The notes beneath the pieces were generated by a model, which saw nothing but the letters and a program-made list of their open reading frames with translations, did no database searches and was not told where the DNA came from. From Okamejei kenojei (lineage: Eukaryota), in assembly GCA_035221665.1 (NCBI GenBank), contig CM069164.1, positions 18,228,001 through 18,292,000 of the forward strand: a DNA stretch of 64,000 bases, given 5' to 3'. A program made the position numbers and the translations under genes. This document shows positions 11,009 to 24,330 of the stretch, in pieces; positions within the stretch are counted from its first letter, which is position 1, and each line of letters begins with the position of its first letter.

Positions 11009-14000
11009 AATTGCTTGGTCCTTCTATTTATTGAGCTAGAAAACATACTGCTGGAGGAACTCAACTGGTCAGGCGGCATCTGTGGAGGGAAATGAACAGA
11101 TAAAGTTTTGAGCCAGGACACTTGTTCAGACTGATGGAGAAGAGGAGAGATAGCTGGTAAAAAGAGGTGAGGGAAGGAATGGGACAAGAGCTAGCGATAG
11201 GTGGATCTGGTGAGGAGTTGATTCACACACGAGTCAGCTTTCTCCGCACTACTCCATCAGTCCTGACACAAAACGTTGTCTGTCCTTTTCCCTCCACAGG
11301 TGCCCATTGAGTTCCCCCAGCAGCTGCCACCATCTCTCTTTACATACTCTAAATGAGAACAGCAAATTCGCCGGTGATCAAGAATAGAAACCTGGTCATT
11401 TCCAGCCTGTATGACACAAGGAGATATAGCAAGTGCTACTCAAGAAGATAATACAAACGTTAGAAAATGGAACCAAGGAAAAGCTAAAACTGCTTACTCA
11501 ACGGTAATAGAAAAGAAAATGGATAGCGCATCCACAGTTATTGTTACATAGTAGTCTGAGATCGCTGAGAAGCCGTGCATTTACTGTCTGTCCCTAATAC
11601 TTTGAGAAGGTGGGAGTGAGTTGCCTTCCACACTGCTGCAGTTCATGAGGGGTCAGACCTCCCTCCCACAGAGTTGCTCGGTTGGAAGTCCCAGGATTCA
11701 CACCCAGCGATATTTAAGAAACGGTGAAATGTTTCTAAATAACGATGCTGTGACATGGAGGGAAATGTGCACATGCACATGTGACAGTCTTTCTTTTCGG
11801 TGTTAGAGAAGGAAGAACAATTTAGGTGGCAAAACCCAGATGTTTGTGAGTACATCTTCGCCAGGTTGACATTGGTTGAGAGCAACTTGGCTGGTGTCTA
11901 CGTCACCACCAAAAGGTCAATCCGGTTTCACTTTCCAAGGGGCATTTAAGAGTCAACCACATTCCTGAAAGTCTGGAGTTGCACATTGCCAGACTGAGGA
12001 CACCACTTTGAGTGAACCAGATGGGTTTATGACTATTGGGTTGTTCCAAAGTGACCATAACTAGGTGTATTTTTATTTTCTTCTGGAGTATCAATTGAAT
12101 GAAGTTCTACAGTATCCATGCGGAGAGGCCGAATAAATTCCACAGTTGAAACATTGAGGAAGTTGACCTGAGGATAGCGGTAGTTCCAACATTAAGTTGT
12201 GGTGCAACAGTAAATTCAACTTGTGTAATCAGCGGCAAATAACTCTGGACAAAGGTAACAATTTTGGATACTAAACTAAAAAGATTAAAGGCATCTGATT
12301 AATAAAAGTGATGTGATGAATTGGTAGAGAGGTGCTGAGGTTAATAACAAAAGTTGCAGTGAGTTTCCCGTTGGTTACTTTGAGGATCCACTGTATGGCA
12401 ATAATATGTCCATGCTCGGTATTGGAGAGGAACCAAGTGATGATCACACAGAAATGATCCTGAATTCCTCCTGATCACCTATTAATAAAAACTATGGCCA
12501 ACCATCTAAGACACTAGCCCTACTTCTGGGTTATTTATAGTGCATTGAATGTCTTCAAATTCCTGAATCCTTTAAGGGAAAAAACTGGCATTCTTGTGGC
12601 AATCTGCGGATTTCTGTGTTTCCTTTATTTTACAATTAATGATATATTAGTTTTTTCACTTCTGCTTTAAAACTTCCTCTCTTTTGAAAAATAATTTCAC
12701 ACTTCACATAGGCTGCAGTATTGAGTTAGCCCACAAAGTGGCGCCAGTCCCCCTTCATCTGCTGGTGCTAGTCATTCCTCCAGTTTCCCTCTCCCCTGAC
12801 TCTCAGTATGAAGAAGAGTTTCGACCTGAAACGTCACCTATTCCTTTTCTCCCGAGATGCTGCCGGACCTACTGAGTTACTCCAGCATTTTGTGTCTATC
12901 TTCGGAGCTATACCCAGACGGGACGTAGGCAATGACCTGCAGTGTATCACAATGGGGCAGATTGGGTATTGAATTACAGATGGAGAGTATCTCACGTGGT
13001 GCAGCAAAGCAGCAAGCTAATTACATTGTCTGACTTAATATTCTACTTGAACAAATCAATACAAATGAATAGGCAAACAAGGATAGGAATAGCAAAATAT
13101 CAACAAAGAAAGCTGAAGGTTATGCATTTTAAGATGACTACTAAGTGTAGGACAAACAAAATGAATGGTTGGATCCTGGGTAGTATTGAGGATTTGAGGA
13201 GCTTTATGGTACAATGGTGGCAGCATAGATAGATAAAGTGGTGAGGAAGTCATATGAGATACTTGCCATCATTAGCCAGGGCATGGAATGTTAGAGCAGG
13301 GAGGTTAGGATATAAATTTATAAAACATTCGATAAGTCCAAAGCGGGGGGGCCTGCACGCCATACTGGTCACCAGTCGCCACACTGGTTTCTGTGCTGTA
13401 TGACTCTTCGACTCTGGAGATATCCCTCCACTACCTTCAACATCATCGTTCCTCAGCCAAGTAACATAAACTCCCCCCATACCATGTACATACATCATTG
13501 TTACTGATTTCCAAGCAGTGCCCAAGCAATCTGGATGAAATTACAGGTGATTAGATAAACCATTGCTACAATGTTTAGATTCTGTAATGGCATCTTAAAA
13601 ATATACTTGTTTAATTAAAGTACAAGGAATTCTCAGTGCTTGGCTTTTCTAAAATTGGACTGGCTACAGAAAGTGGTGCAAGCTTTTGATTAGGGATCAT
13701 TGTCACAGATTTATACAGCAAGGAAAAGGCCCTTTGGCCCATCTTATCCATGCCAATAAAGTTGAGCTAATTCCATTTGCCCAGTTAGATTTTTCTGCAC
13801 CCTTTCCAGTTTAATGGCATCTTTCCTATGTGTCTAACTTCAATTTAAACCTGTCGGTCCTTCCTGCACAGTAATAGCAGTCGCTGTTTATTTCTGGCCT
13901 TATTTATCAATGAAGATTATTTTCTTATAAACAAGAAACTGCAGATGTTGGTTCACAATGGAAGACACACAATGCTGGAATAATTCAACAGGTCAGGCAG

Positions 14001-16819
14001 CAACTCAGTAGAACATGGATCAGTAGAACAGATCCATGTATAGAACAGTAGAACAACTTAGCCCTCAACTACACCAACTTTTTATTTTACCATTTTCAGC
14101 AAAGATTTCTACTTACAGAGATGGTCATGAAGCTTTTTTTGGCAAGATAAAGAACTGGAAAATCACAATTTATAGCTTCCTCCTCCTCCTCCTTTACTAA
14201 GCATGATTATGAGGCTCCAGTTTTGAGGGAAATCTAGATTTTAATAGAACAAATTTAGGGTAGCAATAACTAAACAAGATGTTAAATAGCCACAAAGTTG
14301 AACATAATAATATGGGGAGAATCGAAGAGTTATGCCAATAGTTTATAATCAGCAAAGCCATGTTAAATTAATTAATAGAAGCAGCATTTTTTCAATACAA
14401 GGTATTGTAATGTAATTATGCAGAGCTGCATTTCAATGTGTAACATTTAATGTTTTTTAAATAACTAAAATCCATAAATATATACCAAACAGACTCATTC
14501 AAATTACATTTGGGGAAGAGAAGAAAATTTACTGTTGAAGGTGATCAGAGGAAGAATTGAAACATTCTTAACTTTGAAACCAAGAGTCCCAAATCACATT
14601 TAATATAAATGTACATTGACCAAATTCAACCAATCCTAAAAAAAACCTGATAGTCTTCCATGAATTTTAGACCTCCCATAGCATTTTCCAACTAAAGGGA
14701 TATTTTTGAAGTTTGGTCATTTTCTATTTTCATCTATTTTGAAAAAGATGTTTCACATGTACAGAATTATAGCACAAAATAGCTGAAACCAAAAACAGGG
14801 TGAACGAACAAGGCCTGTAATTATTTCTTGAGGTCACGCAGTTGCAATTTAAAGCTAAGCTGTCATTATGTTGAGCTGACAGCTTAGTTCTTCACAGCAA
14901 GGAAAGAAAAATGTTCATCATGTCAAGATGTTCCTCATCTTCCAAATTTAGCCTTTTCTAAGAAAATATATGTACATTTTCATCATAGGATAGTTATAAT
15001 GCAACACTACTTCGCTCCTTTTTTTAAACTCACCCTTTGAACATGGACAATGTCTGAAAGGTCATCAATTCTTACTCATTCCTGGAAACCCAGAAGGATC
15101 TTTGGATCTTGTGTACAAGTGAGGGTCCTGCAGGGCCACTTCCGAGGACCACTCGGAGGAAACCTCATTAGATGGCAATGGTGTTGTTTGTTGGTCAAAC
15201 CAGGGAAGAACAGCAGATGTCCTTCTCTGAAGACCATAAATAAACCTGTTGGGATTTTATACCAATCCAAAACTTTTGCAGTAACCTTCATTGTTACCAG
15301 GTTTTCGAAAACCCATTAATAACTCAGACATCGAGAATGATGTCTACCTCCTGGATGTGTCTGCTACGTCAGCCGTGTGCTTAACCTCAAAAATAAATAT
15401 CACTATAATAAATACCAGCATTGAGAAGTACTTAATTGTAACATACAAATCCGAATTATGTTTATGAGATTAAAAATGTGTGAATATTCATGAAGATTTC
15501 CTACCACCCTGGCTGTGGAGGGACCAGTTCTCCTACTTCAACTTTGGGGAGGAGGAATGAGTGGGATGCCTGCCCTTCAAAAAGGATGATCTCACTGAAA
15601 TATTTCACTTGCCACAGTCAAAACCGTCAATTGCTAGGTCAGGAACACATTGTCGTTGTTGTCAAGGTGACCATATTAATGATTATTTATGTGCCTGACT
15701 CCTTCCAAACTGAAACTGGATATTGTTGCAACATCTTGTAAGCTCTCATCACTATTGCATCAGGCAGGACGAGGAGGCTGTCTTTTCTGAAAGTTAATTA
15801 CATCTCATGCAATCTTGCCAGGGACTAGCACGCAGAGGTAGCACATTGCTCTGCTAAGAATGCAACCTTCTGACCATATGCTTTTTGACTAACGCGTGTT
15901 GAATTAGTCATTTCCTGGTATCCACCAAGAGTTCATTCCCTTGGCAACTAACAGGTGTGTGCCCAAAAGCAGCTTCTCATGTAGAGCATATTCCAATATT
16001 CATGACGCATTTGTTTAATTTCATTTGCAGTTGAAACACAGGGCTAACCAAAGATGAGATGACTTGATTACAACGGCTTTCAGCAGGTAGTTGTAGTACA
16101 GTTTACGATTCTTGAGTGCGACGATAAAATCAGCTGTGGAAGAGCTGTAAAATGCGGTTGTGCTGGGACAACCGCTGCTACATGCACCCAACCTCACTAT
16201 TGTGCGTTTTCAGGCTTTGTCACCAGCTACACCCAAATCAACTGAGAAGCATGAACATGCAAGGGTGGAGAAGGAGGGAAGTGAGCAGGGTGAGGCAACC
16301 ATGGCAGCTTTATTTAGCCAAGGATGTGTGTGAAGAAATTATTTGCATAAAATGCAAGCAACCATAACCCCAATTCCCCATTCACTAAATTACTCTTTTT
16401 TCACTACTCATTGTGTCAACTGCCTGCCATAAGGCAAAAATAAACCCTACCACAAAATATTCAATCAAATTTATAATATTCATACCAAACATCATACAAA
16501 TGTAAACCAATCATCACCGAATATTTTTAAGGGTAAATCATATCTAACAGTTTTTTGATGATGTAACAGAAAAGTCAGTGAATAAAATGCAGAATATATG
16601 GACTTCCATCATCAAGATTCTCAATTCTTGGATAGGAAAATGTATTAAAAATATGAAAGGTGGAAGGTGATGAATCAAACCACGTCTTCTAGTGTAACCC
16701 TGGAGAATTTCAGATTGGAGGAAAGTGTACAAGGGAGTTTCACAAGGATCAGTACCAGGACCACAGCTTTGCTTAATTCTCTGTGGCCAACCTAAATGAG
16801 TAGACTTTGTCAGTATGTA

Positions 16820-17200
16820 TGCAGAGGACTGTGTACCAAAGAAGACAGAGACCATAGGTGAACCATGAGATGCATTCCCGGATGAAGTCCAAGTCTGCAT
16901 CATTCAAAGTCAAACGATCCCAAGAAATCTGTGTACGACTTTCGCAAAGCTATCAAGGATGCCAAGAGGGAATTCCAGACCAGGTCGGAATCCCAGGATA
17001 ACCAAATGACACCCATCGATTGTGGCAAGGTTTTCATTTTATAACAAGCTACAAAGTGAAGTCAGGCAGTATTGCTGGCAACAACGCATCCCCCTCTGAT
17101 GAGTTCAATGCATTTGATGCTCATTTTGAACAGAACAATGGAAAGATGGCAACCACGCTGACGGCCTTGGGTGCATCTGAATCTCTAATCACATTTTCTT
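16820..17200 (+). mobile_element. Rex1/Babar LINE fragment
   Basis: YDFRKAIKDAKREF...LWQGFHFITSYK...DEFNAF.AHFE, typical of the Rex-type ORF region. Confidence 0.65.
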
Positions 17201-17489
17201 TGATTGCTTTTATGTCATCTTGGGAACAATTCATAGAAACTTATGCGGGTATTTAAATAGGGCTGGTGGGGATGGGATGGGACAGAGGAAGCCAAAGACA
17301 AAAATGCCCCTGCTATTGAATAGTTTGTGGGAGAGAATAAATGACAAAGATGATGCTAGCAAGGGGATGGCATTGAGACAGAAAACAATGAGCAAGATGA
17401 GTATGAGACGGAAGATGTTTGATAGGCTCAGTTGAGATTTATAGGATGTAGCAGGACCATTGTGAAATTGTTTAACAATGACTTTGCTC

Positions 17490-17715
17490 TAAAAGACACA
17501 CAATGCTGGAGTAACTCGGCAGGACATGCAGCATCTCTGCAGTGAAGGAATGTGTGACGTTTCGGGTCGCGACACTTCTTCAGACCAATGGGCCTCGAGA
17601 AGGGTCTCAATCCGAAACGTCACCCATTCCCTCTCTCCAGAGATGCTGCTTGTCCCACTGAGTTACTCCAGCATTTTGTGTCTATTGTCAGTTTAAACCA
17701 GCATCTGCAGTTCCT
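17490..17715. repeat. Inverted pair of Penelope-derived terminal repeats (long hairpin) with hammerhead-like cores
   Basis: gacacacaatgctggagtaactc...gacgtttcgggtcgcgacacttcttcagac / gagaagggtctcaatccgaaacgtc...gagttactccagcattttgtgtct. Confidence 0.8.
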
Positions 17716-17880
17716 GATTGGGTACTGATTGGGGATGATCAGCCACGGTCACATTGAATGGCGGTGCTGGCTCAAAGGGCTGAATGACCTACTCTTTCAC
17801 CTATTGTCTATACATGTACCTGTCTAACTGTCTGTTAAACGTTGGGTTAGTCCCTGCCTCAACTGCCTCCTCTGGCAGTT

Positions 17881-18025
17881 GGAGTAACTCAGCAGGTCAG
17901 GCAGCATTTCTGGAGAAAAGGAATAGGTGACGTTTCGGGACGAGACCCTTCTTCAGACATCACCTATTCCATTTCTCCAGAGATGCCGCCTGATCCACTG
18001 ACTTACTCCAGCATTTTATGTCTAC
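17881..18025. repeat. Palindromic Penelope-derived repeat with intact minimal hammerhead core on the minus strand (17926-17958)
   Basis: Minus strand GT-CTGAAGA-A-GGG(TCTCGT)CCC-GAAA-CG-TC-ACC inside inverted flanks. Confidence 0.75.
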
Positions 18026-19624
18026 CCAACCCAAGACACCTCAGAGAGAGAAGATTACTTGGTAATCTTCCACTTTCTGTTCCCTCCCCAATGAACATCA
18101 CAGATGAAAAAAATGTAACGGTGTGCAAAATATGGTTATAAAATTAAAAATACGACAGGACACTTCACTCATTCTTTCTCACCAGAGATGTTGCCTGTCC
18201 CGTGAGCTTACTCCAGCATTGTGTGTCTATCTTTGGTTTAAACCAGCCTCTGCAGCTCCTTCTACAAAATGGCTTTGCTCTCATAGTCAGTAAAACCATC
18301 ATAGGAACTTAGAGGAAGCACTGTCTCAAAACAGTATCCAGCATCATCAAGGTCCAACATCACCCTGGCCACACTCTCATTTCACTTCTGACATATCGGG
18401 AAGAAGGTATATGAGTGAAAACTGTAATGTTCACGTACCAGAACAGCTTCTTCCCAATGGCCATCAGACTGTTGAACATTACGAACTCCAACTATGAATT
18501 GCCTTGATTGCACTCGTGACTTCGTGATTCGTTTGGGATTTTTTGCACTATATTGGATTTATTTATTTATTTAATTTATTTCTGTTTGTTTATTATATTA
18601 TCTATTGAGTACTGCATTTACAAATCTGTTGTGCTGCTGCAAGTGAGAATTTCATAATTTAATTTTGGTACAAAACACACTTAACTTTTTTCATAAGCTA
18701 AGGAAGTAGTACTGATCTCCCAATCTACCTCATTGCAGCCCTTGCACTTTAAAATAAAACTGCACTTACTCTGCATCTATAACACTATAATACAATATTC
18801 TGCACTTAAGTATTTTTTGTTTGCACGAACAGTTGTACTTGTGTATGGCTTGATTGTACTCATGTACAGTGTAATTTGATTGGACGGCACAGTTTATCAC
18901 TGTATTTTAGTAAGTGACAATAATAAAGCAATACCAAAAGGCTAATAAATGTGCCCAAACTCAATAGGGCATTACACCCTAAAGCATATTACACATTCAA
19001 TGAGATCAGACCAATCTGTAATCCATCTGCTTTTGCATCATAATCCAACAAAGATCAATCTCAAATTTAAAGTTTAACTCACCTAGTATCAACTAATATT
19101 TCCAATAAAACGTTCTTATGTCTACTCTTTTCTTGATGTAATGGTTTCATAAATACACCCAAAAGGCAGGCTTTTTAATATTTAGGACTGTCCTGTACTT
19201 TTAGGCTCCAAAACCAGCAGACATTGTTTACATTTATCTTACCTAAAAACTGTATGTTACTTATGGCTTCATACAGCATCCACATGAGACTTCAGATGAG
19301 ACTAGTTCCTCTTAAAAATTGCAATATTCTACCCCAGGAGGCCACACCTGGATACTAAGGAAATCAAGAAATATTTGAATCGTGGAAAAGTGATCCCATG
19401 GCTAAGATCTTACTGAACAGCAGGAGAGGTTCACAGGCTTGAAGTGGTCAGGCACATGGACCTAGCCTGTAGGGCTTACCCGCATTTTGTAAATACATAA
19501 TGGTAGACAGGGTGCATTCCTACTCACCAAGTTAGATCAGTCTTGTATAGCAGCACGAGATAAGGCCTCTGTGAACAATGTGGCAATTGGAGAGATACAT
19601 TGATTGATACAAATACATCTATTG

Positions 19625-21867
19625 ATGCTCCTGAACACATCATCAGTGATGTAACCTGGGGTCATTGGGTGTTTCGGATCTTTCAACATCAGACACCCTC
19701 ACCCAGGCGACCCAGCTGCGGTTGATCAGACCACGACTTGTGTTCAGGTGGCATTCGCCCCTCCCCATGGATCCTCCTCTCCTGATCCAGAGCCATCTCT
19801 AGGCCTTCTCTGCTGCCTCTGTGGTGTTCTTGATGGCTCTTCTCCTCGCCACTCCGTTGATGCCCAGTGCACTCAAGGCTTTCTAGAGCGATTCTCCTGC
19901 AAAACCTCTGCAGCCAACCTTGATGGGCATACACCTTGCCTTCCAGCCCTGCTTACGGCAGTCTATGACCAGCTCTCTTCATACATGGTCATCTTCCTCC
20001 CGTGCGCCTCCTCCAGATGGTCCTCCCACGGCACTGTCAGTTCCAACAAGACGATGTTTTTGGTAGTCTCTGAGACCAGGCGGATATCTGGCCACAGGGT
20101 GGTCGTGGCAATGAGCTGTGGGAACTTCAGCTGTTTCACCAGGTCTATGGAAAGCTGCCAGTCCTACACAGGCGCCAGGATTCCTGACGGATTCCTGGCT
20201 GCTGTGGTTCTTGGCAGCTGCACTCCGGCCTTCACGAAGGTGATCATCTGGGTGGTGGGGCATGCTCGTCTGCAGCTGCTGATTCCCGTGCTGATGGCTT
20301 CTGCAATGGGTTTAATAACCTGGTCGTGACGCCAGGTGTACCGGCCCTGCCCAAGAGCCTTTGGGCAGCAGCTCAGGATGTGTTCCAACGTCCCCTTGCC
20401 TGATCTGGCAATCTGGAGATTCCGCTTTGCCCCAGATGAAGAGGTTCGATGGGCTGGGCAGGACATCATACATTGCCTGGACCAGGAACTTGATGCGCTG
20501 TGGTTCAGCCTGCCAGAGCTCAGTCCATGTGACTTTTCAGTCCTTGGCCTGCTCCCACCTTGTCCAGGCTCCCCTCCCTACTGCCTCAATCCAACTGCTC
20601 TGGTACACCTCTCCTCCTCCACCACTGCCCTCACTTCCCCCTGGACCAGCCTGCGCCTCTCCTTCCCCTTGGCCTTGTCAAACTGGGGAGATGGGAAGAT
20701 TCCCAGGCCAGCTCTTCCCCGAGTCACTGCTCCCACCAGGACTCTGTGGCGTATCCGAGACTCCGCTTGCAGCACGGCTTCGCCGGCTCTCCACTTAACT
20801 CCCATTTTTCACCTCCACCCCTGCCTGAGCCACCTTGGGGTCGCTGGAGTCCCTGTACAGCATCTCCTCTCTGGCCCAAGTCACCTTAAACTCCTTTAGG
20901 GACTTCAGGGGCAGCTGGGGATTGGTGTTATTTCCGTAAAGGGCGATGCTGCTAAGGCTCCTGGGCAGTCCCAGCCACCTTTTGAGAAAGCTGCTGACTT
21001 TCCTCTCCAATCTCTCTATGATAGATATTGGGACTTCGTAGACAAGCAGTGGCCAGAGTATCCGTGGCAGAATACCATGCTGGTAAATCCATGCCTTGAA
21101 CTTGCCAGGAAGCCCCGACCAGTCCAATGCTCTCAACCAACTCTCCAGCTCCTGACAGGTTGCCCGGACAGATGCTGTATCCTTCAGGCTGCTGTTAAAC
21201 ACCTTGCCAAGACACTTCACTGGCCTTTCGGAGACAGTTGGGATTGATGTCCCTTCGATGCTGAAGCGGAACTTGTCCATTACTTTGCCCTTCTTCAGCG
21301 CCAGTGGCCTTGATTTTCCTGGCTTAAACCTCATCCTCGCCCATCCTATCAGTTTCTCCAACCCCTGCAGGATCCCCCTGCCTCCTGGCACTGACTCAGT
21401 GGTGACAGTCAGGTTGTTCATGAAGGCTGATTGGTGGTTGGCGCACTCCTGACTTGGTCCGAGGGCCCCGGCACTCTGGCTCAGCAGACTTGACGATCAT
21501 GTTCATCGCCAAGGCAAAAAGGATCACAGAGATGGTACAGCCTGTGATGATCTCAACCTCCAGTCTGTGCAACTCTGATGTTACTGACCCTGATGAGAAT
21601 CTCATGCTGAACTGGTTGTAATAGTCCTGGATGAGATCTGCCACTTGGCCCGGCACATGATGCTTGGCCATGACTGTCTGGATCCGCTTGTGCGGGATGG
21701 AGCCGTAGGCGTTGGCCAGGTCAAGCCAGAGCACTGTCAGGTCTCCCTTGTCCTCCCTGGCTTCTCTGATGAGCTGGGTCACCACTCCCGTGTGCTCTAG
21801 ACACCCCGGCACTCCAGACAAGCCTCCCTTTTGTACTGAGCTGTCGATGTAGCCATTGCTGGAGAGG
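19625..21867 (-). mobile_element. 5'-truncated, frameshifted R2/NeSL-group (Hero-like) non-LTR retrotransposon: RT + CCHC finger + restriction-like endonuclease
   Basis: ORF fragments show QKGG..GVPGCLEH, WLDLANAYGSIPH, GCTISVILFALAMN, LPGKFKAWIYQHGILPR and TLEHILSCC...YTWRHDQV, followed by RLE-type RPD/ELTVPWE/EVGCRGF motifs read across frameshifts. Confidence 0.88.
19633..19698 (-). ncRNA. Candidate hammerhead ribozyme with non-canonical strand order at the 3' end of the Hero-like element
   Basis: GGGTG-TC^TGATGT ... GATCC-GAAA-CACCC ... ACATCA-CTGATGA-TGTGTTC: stems III and I perfect (6 bp each), GUC triplet, canonical core; stem II weak. Confidence 0.5.
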
Positions 21868-24330
21868 ATTAACATTATGATGATAACTAAGACTTCAAAT
21901 GAACAAAGGAATACTTTAAGCATGAGACCACCAAATAGTGATCTCTAAGCAGGAGATAATCAAGCAGAAAAAGGGGATTGTAGAAGCAATTGAACACACA
22001 CTTTTTCATGTTGGATTGAATATGACGTGAAATCGAAAATACTTTTTGCTGGATATGCTTTACCTTTTTGCTAAATGTTTATAACATTTTTATGGTTTGT
22101 ACAATCATAGAATGAGTGTACAGAATGCAGCAGTACGGCAAACAAACCTCTCGCCTTCCCTTTGATAGATAAATAACTGTGTGACCAAAGAATGGACTGT
22201 GCAAGATATATTCTTCCACCACAAGACTGCACATCCTATTCCTGCTTCTACATTCTTAAATTCTTCAATACTTAAGGTCTCACCCACCTAGATCAAGCCC
22301 AACAACTTGATACTACTCATATACTAGTGGGTAGTCATATATTATAAAAGCAAGAGTGGTAAAAAATATATTTTTTTTGGCAATGCTTTATTATCTGTTC
22401 TCATGTCTTATGGTGTTGGTGAAAGTAACATTCATTGTCCATCCTTAATTAAGAAGGCAATGGTCAGCTTTCTCCTTGAACCATTGTAATTGTTGCAGAA
22501 GAGTAACTTGTCCAGCAAGGCAGTGTAAAGTTGTCGGTCAACAGTATTCATCCATTTCCTACTCAGTGACTTCAGCTTCTGCAGAAATATAGAAAAAACG
22601 GCTTATAGTCTCAAAGAACCCACAGAACTTGGGAAGTCTGAGAATAAACATCACATTGCAATGATTACCAGAATAGTTATTGTGCCTTTTGATACAGTCC
22701 ATGGTGTTTCTTTTAATTCTTTTAAATACGTTTTAAAAATTTTAAACTTTTAAAAATTAAAATTCTTTTAATTTCTTTTAATTCTTTTAAATATGCATTT
22801 TTAATATTGCACCTTTAACAATAACTTAATGTACCATGGTACATTCTGGAAATATTATTAACAAAACTTGATGCCAAGCAATTTAAGAATATGTCATAGT
22901 AAAGATTTGCCCAAAAAGGTTTAACAGAATACCTTGAAGCAGGAAAGAGAGTTTGATAGATTTAACGTATTAAAACTTCCAATTTTAGAACCGTGACTGC
23001 TAAAAATAAAAATGTGCAAAAGGTCATAAAAAGAGAACCATAATAGCTGCTGGCAGAATGGCAGAGTTCTGAAAATACCAGAAAGAGAAGAATTTTAAAA
23101 TACACACAAAATGCTAGAGTAATTCAGCGGGCCAGACAGCATCTTTGGAGAAAAGGAATAGGTGATGTTTCGGGTCAAAACCCATTTCCAGAGGCGTTGC
23201 CTGACCTGCTGAGTTACTGCAGCATTTTGTGTGTATCCCAGTTGATGGCTGGTGCTCGGCTTTCGCCTGCACCGAGGGGTTAATCGACAGCCACTGGATA
23301 AGGCGAAAGGTGCAGCTGACCGTCCCCGGCCTGTCGGGGAACGGGTTCCTCGGGAGTTGGAACAGAGTTGAGCTGGAGTTCGCGCTTCTTCTCCGCGCTG
23401 GTTGTAAGCCTGGGTCACCACTGCTCCGGGCCAGAGTCACCCCGGACATCCCTGGCCGCCCCCGGACAGGGATGGGACACTCAGGAGGGGACAGTAGTGA
23501 GACTCGGCTCACAAATCTGCCTCCTGGGGTTATGCAGGAGAGGAGCACGTGGTTCAGCCCCTGTATAATAACCCTGTATAACCCAGGAGGGGAAAGCCCG
23601 AGTGAGAATGGAACCCATACACCCAGGCTGAGGAGGACCGGACCGTGATTCATTAGATGGACACTGCTGAGATTTCTGCATGGACCAGTGGAGGGAGAAA
23701 TAGTGTTGCTAAGTCCAGTAGCAATTCAACAGTGCTTGCGGCGCCGGAGACCCGGGTTCGATCCTGACTACAGATGAAACGCAGGTCCGTATACACACAG
23801 CAGCTCAGCTGCCGAGAATGTTTTTCTCGAGTGACCTGTGACCTGGACATGCGCAGTCGGAATACCGAACTTGCTTATTCAATAATGCTACAGTAAAACA
23901 CAAGATGAAGCATCCAACCAATCATCATTGTAGTCACAGTATTCTACAAAACAAAAAGTGGAACTTATTTCTACTAAGTATTTGGCTCAGAGTTCCTTAA
24001 CACAATTATTTGGATGATTAAGTATATCATTAGAAACATAATTAATATAATTAAGCAAAACTATAAAATTAAATATGCCTATTGTAACCCAAGAAACTAC
24101 ACCCAATTTAAAGAATTTGTTTATAGTCTGTTGTTTCACATGTCAAAAGTCATACCAATATTTTGATTTACATAAAGGCATCTTTGAAGAACATGGGTAA
24201 TGGCCAAATGTTCGATGCCCAGCTGCAGTGAGCCAGCACAGTTGCAAGGCTCAGGCCCCGCCGACTGTCCCGCGGGGAGCTGCCGTACTCGTGCAGGTCG
24301 CCACGACGCTGCCTCACATTGAGCGGTGAA

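Noticed and set aside
19748-21452. Several long plus-strand ORFs
   Set aside because: Antisense shadows of the Hero-like retrotransposon ORF.
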